A DNA stretch of 28,516 bases. It comes from a virus (Duplodnaviria; Caudoviricetes). A model generated the notes under the pieces. That model was not told the origin of the DNA, searched no databases, and worked only from the letters and a program-made list of their open reading frames with translations. The stretch lies in IMG/VR virus record IMGVR_UViG_3300042196_000130, positions 1 through 28,516 of that record. One strand, 5' to 3'. The translations under genes and the position numbers were made by a program. Positions 25,139 to 28,516 of the stretch are shown one piece after another; within the stretch, counting starts at the first letter, position 1; every line of letters begins with the position of its first letter.

Positions 25139-25518
25139 TGGACGGCTGGCTCGGGCTCTGCGAGCTGTCGCTGGCGGTGGGCGCTGCGTCGTTCACGGTC
25201 GCCCGGGCCGGCATCTTCGCGCCGGTGCGCGACTGGACGAAGCGCCGCTCGGCCTGGCTGGGGAACCTCCTCTCGTGCCCCTGGTGCGTCTCCCACTGGA
25301 TCGCCGTCGTTGCGGTGATCGCAGGAGATCCGCCAGCCTCGCCGTACGCGAATCGCGCGGCCGACAGCGCCGTCTCGATCTTCGTTCTCGTGGCGGGTGC
25401 CGGCCTCTTCGTGAACGCACTCGAAGCGCTCGGCCGGGCCTGGCAGCCGAAGCCCGCGCCGCCCAAACCCGCGAAGCGCACGGGCCGGAAGGAGCGAGCC
25501 GCCGGTGGAAGCCCTTGA
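25135..25518 (+). CDS. DUF1360-family membrane protein
   Basis: IFAPVRDW...WLGNLLSCPWCVSHW signature with hydrophobic helices; ATGA-coupled. Confidence 0.8.
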   Translation: MMDGWLGLCELSLAVGAASFTVARAGIFAPVRDWTKRRSAWLGNLLSCPWCVSHWIAVVAVIAGDPPASPYANRAADSAVSIFVLVAGAGLFVNALEALGRAWQPKPAPPKPAKRTGRKERAAGGSP

Positions 25519-28414
25519 GGCACAGAAGGCCCGTCGTCGCCGCGTAGCCTTCACGCGTCCGCTGGCCCTCGCCAAGACCGGAGGCGCCTACCGCCGCCGG
25601 CTCGCCGTTTCATTCCGCGGGCTCGAAGAGCGCGTGCTCGCCAAGGTCGAGTCGTCGGGGCTCTTGGGCGAGCTTCACCGCGCAGCGCAAGAGCGTCTGG
25701 CGGGGCGGAATGGCGCCAAGGCCGATGCTCGCGGCGTCGGCGGCCGACCCTACGGCGACGACCGCGCGCGCGAGATCGAACGCCTCTTCCGCCAGGACGA
25801 CATCGTCCTCTTCGGCGAGCTGATCGGCTCAGACATCGACGATTGGGAGGCCGAGTTCGAGCTGATCGCGGGCGAGGAGGCCAAGAAGGCCTACGTCCTC
25901 GGCGGCCGTGCCGGGCAGGCCCAGCTCAAGATCCGGCCCAACTTCAACCTCCGGGCGCCGGGCATCCTCGAAGCCCTGGAGGAGCGGGCGAATCTCCTCG
26001 CGGGACCGGTGGCCGAGTCGGTCTTCGATCGCATGATCTCGATCGTGGCCGAGGAGTTCTTCCTCGAAGGCAAGGGACCGCTCGACGTGGCGCGGACCCT
26101 CCGGGGCGAGTTCGACTTCCTCTCCCGGCACCGGTCAGAGGCGATCGCGCGGACGGAGACGCTGGCGGTTACCGAGGACGCGCAGTTCACGCTCTACGCT
26201 GCGTCAGGCGTGCCGCTCAAGCGCTGGGGGGCCACGCTCTCGGATGACCGTACGCGATTCGCTCACATCAACGCCCATGGGCAGGTCCGCGCGATCGATG
26301 AGCCATTCGAGCTTGAGCGCGAGGACGGCACCAAGTACGAGCTCATGCATCCGGGGGATGAGGACGGGCCGGCGGATGGCGTGATTTTTTGTAGATGCTT
26401 CCACCAGCCGATCGTCGCTGCCGAGCAGCTCCTGGAGCCGGCGGCGATCTGGGACGGGGCGACGGACCCGGAGGAGTTCGCGGAGCTGCGAACGGGCACG
26501 AAGCATCTTGGCCCGGGCACGCATCCCGGAACCGGCACCCCGCAGATTGTGCATGGGCTCGGTGGGGAGGCTGCGGCTAGGCTTGAGGATGCAGGGAGAA
26601 GAATCAACTCGTATACCAAGGACTTTTCAATTGACCATATCGACGAGCTATTCTCATCCGGCATTGCGAAGCAACGGGTCGGTGCGTTCCAGAAGACGCA
26701 TCGCAAGTTCCAGACTTCATGGATCAAAGCCTCAACCGACGAAATGGGGCTCGCCGGCAAAGTCCTGGCGGGCACGGCCACGCCAGAAGATGCAGCCAGG
26801 CTCGGCACGGCTCTCGGAGTCGATCCGGAAAAGGCGGCCCAATACGTCGCCACGCGCTATCTTGTCACGCAGAAGCTCATCAAACAGCCGGAGCTGAGGG
26901 TGTTCAGGGGAGTGCACGGACAGCAGGCAAAGGAGATCGCCGATCAACTTGCTGCAGGCGCTCAAACGGTGACGGTTTCCGTGCGGTCACTCACGAGCTT
27001 CAGCTCAGATCGGAAGGTCGCAAGGGATTTCGCGTTGCATGCCGGAACGCCAGTCAACCCGCGCCAAGAGCACGCCGTGTTGCTTAGCATCAAAACGCCG
27101 AAGGAGCGGGTGTTCGCCCACCACAAGGCCGAACCCAAGCTCTCTAGAGCCGGCGAAGACGAGGTCGTGTTGTGGGACGACGACGGGATGATTGAGTTCT
27201 CCGCTGCCGACGTCGAGGTGCTGTCTGGCGGCAAACGAGCCGGACGCCGTGGACCTCCGGTCTTCATCGACGACGGCGAAAACGATTCATGGCTCCAGAA
27301 GTGGTACGTCTCAACTCAGAAGGCGCCGCGGATGCCAGCCAAGGAAGAGGCCGCGGTCGATGAGCTGGAGGAGGATGATCCTGAGCCCGCATCCGACCGG
27401 CCAAGCGCAAGGCCCGCCGCCCGGTTGCCGAGGGCGAATCCCGATGTCGTTCTAGATTCGGGGACGCTCAACGGCGACTGGTTGAATCAAGTCAGACGCG
27501 AGCTCGAACCCGGGGAGACGATCGCCGACGACTCCGAAAAAAGAGCGAAGCTGCGACATCGACTCGGCCTCTGCCCCCATGCTCCGTGCCTGAAGCGCGG
27601 GTGCCCCTGCAAGGAGCCTCCAGGACGCCCAGGTCCATGCCCCTGCGACGGCGCCGCACAGCCAAAGCCCGCGAAGCCTCGCAAGCCGCGCGAGGCGCCG
27701 GTACCCGGAGCCATCACGCAGCGAGCCAGCCCGCTTGCGGGGAGTGCGTCAGCCGCGGTTGAGGCAGAGAAGGCGAAGATAAGGCAGCGCCTTGCTGGTG
27801 AACCGGATGCAGATGTCGACACATTGATGGGCGAAGTTGGCACCAGCGATCTCGCCTTCACGCATCAGATGTTCGGCGCGAAATGGAGAGATCGAGTCAC
27901 CGACGAGCTCGGGCTCAGCGGCAAGGTACTAGCCGGGACAGCTACCGCGGAAGAGAAGATCCGATGGGCGGAGAAGTTTCCAGGTGGCGCGAAAGGGGCC
28001 GAGGAGTACCTGAGGACACAGTATGCTGCCACGCAAGAGACGCTCGCCAAGCAGGGCGTCGAAGAGGTGGTGGCTTATCGTGGCATCTGCTGCGAACAAG
28101 CAGAACAGATCCGCACCGCCCTAGAGACGGGACAGCCGATCCGCTTGGCAACGAGGAGCGTGAGCTCATTTGCATCGAAGAAGGCCGTCGCCACGAAGTT
28201 CATCTCTGGTCGAGGCGTGCGCACCGAGTCTGCTGTGAAAGGGTTGGTCATCAGAGTCCGTATCCCCCGCGAGCGGGTATTCGCGCATCATGCGACCCAG
28301 CCTCGGCTCAGCAATCGCGGAGAAGATGAGTTGATCCTCCTGAATCCAGAAGAGAGCCTGGAGATCCGGCCCGAGGACGTTGTCGTCAAGCGGGCGCCCA
28401 GGTTCGAGCGATAA
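25505..28414 (+). CDS. MuF (SPP1 gp7-like) minor head protein fused to two ADP-ribosyltransferase-like domains
   Basis: MuF: RSEAIARTET...KRW...DDRTRFAH...HGQ...PF...HPGD...CRC. ART1: VFRG...SLTSFSS...EDEVVL. ART2: AYRG...SVSSFAS...EDELIL. Confidence 0.85.
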   Translation: MEALEAQKARRRRVAFTRPLALAKTGGAYRRRLAVSFRGLEERVLAKVESSGLLGELHRAAQERLAGRNGAKADARGVGGRPYGDDRAREIERLFRQDDIVLFGELIGSDIDDWEAEFELIAGEEAKKAYVLGGRAGQAQLKIRPNFNLRAPGILEALEERANLLAGPVAESVFDRMISIVAEEFFLEGKGPLDVARTLRGEFDFLSRHRSEAIARTETLAVTEDAQFTLYAASGVPLKRWGATLSDDRTRFAHINAHGQVRAIDEPFELEREDGTKYELMHPGDEDGPADGVIFCRCFHQPIVAAEQLLEPAAIWDGATDPEEFAELRTGTKHLGPGTHPGTGTPQIVHGLGGEAAARLEDAGRRINSYTKDFSIDHIDELFSSGIAKQRVGAFQKTHRKFQTSWIKASTDEMGLAGKVLAGTATPEDAARLGTALGVDPEKAAQYVATRYLVTQKLIKQPELRVFRGVHGQQAKEIADQLAAGAQTVTVSVRSLTSFSSDRKVARDFALHAGTPVNPRQEHAVLLSIKTPKERVFAHHKAEPKLSRAGEDEVVLWDDDGMIEFSAADVEVLSGGKRAGRRGPPVFIDDGENDSWLQKWYVSTQKAPRMPAKEEAAVDELEEDDPEPASDRPSARPAARLPRANPDVVLDSGTLNGDWLNQVRRELEPGETIADDSEKRAKLRHRLGLCPHAPCLKRGCPCKEPPGRPGPCPCDGAAQPKPAKPRKPREAPVPGAITQRASPLAGSASAAVEAEKAKIRQRLAGEPDADVDTLMGEVGTSDLAFTHQMFGAKWRDRVTDELGLSGKVLAGTATAEEKIRWAEKFPGGAKGAEEYLRTQYAATQETLAKQGVEEVVAYRGICCEQAEQIRTALETGQPIRLATRSVSSFASKKAVATKFISGRGVRTESAVKGLVIRVRIPRERVFAHHATQPRLSNRGEDELILLNPEESLEIRPEDVVVKRAPRFER

Positions 28415-28428
28415 AAAGGACGTAGGGC

Positions 28429-28516
28429 GTGCCTCCTTCCTTCCGCCGCCTCCGAGAGGAGGAGCGCCGCGCCGGCAACGTCCGCCCACCCGGTGCTGAG
28501 CGCCTCGTCGAGCTTC
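28429..28516 (+). CDS. Next gene, 3' truncated by window edge
   Basis: GTG after AAAGGA; MPPSFRRLREEERRAGNVRPPGAERLVEL, open to the window end. Confidence 0.45.
   Translation, partial: MPPSFRRLREEERRAGNVRPPGAERLVEL

Larger units (their letters stand above)
456..28516. mobile_element. Tailed bacteriophage / prophage region (early arm, replication, packaging and head genes); ends not seen
   Basis: Terminase small and large subunits, portal, MuF, YqaJ, RuvC-like and DUF1376 genes; divergent arm layout; dense small coupled ORFs. Confidence 0.95.

Noticed and set aside
26690-28390. Duplicated ART units considered as a DGR template/variable repeat pair or an assembly artefact
   Set aside because: The copies are highly diverged at all base types with indels, not adenine-specific, and no reverse transcriptase is in the window; this fits an old duplication.

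Overview
High-GC tailed-phage (or prophage) genome segment with two divergent arms. At the far left is the 3' end of an rmlD-like gene (+), which abuts the phage genes with no integrase or att site visible. A ~14.7-kb leftward early operon (15174->456) is almost entirely translationally coupled. It encodes many small Zn-finger, membrane and lipoproteins, a YqaJ exonuclease with a putative ssDNA-annealing protein, a RuvC-like resolvase, a conserved phage gene pair and an SNF2-helicase/DNA-methyltransferase fusion, and it is punctuated by long RNA hairpin modules. A divergent promoter region (~15240-15710) has no recognisable repressor gene. The rightward arm encodes a DUF1376/YdaU-type replication protein with internal iterons, small and large terminase, a PBSX-type portal, accessory genes (HNH endonuclease, putative TIM-barrel glycoside hydrolase, DUF1360) and a 969-aa MuF head protein fused to two tandem R-S-ExE ADP-ribosyltransferase-like domains, which is the most striking feature. 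All calls come from reading motifs by eye; no database searches were run.
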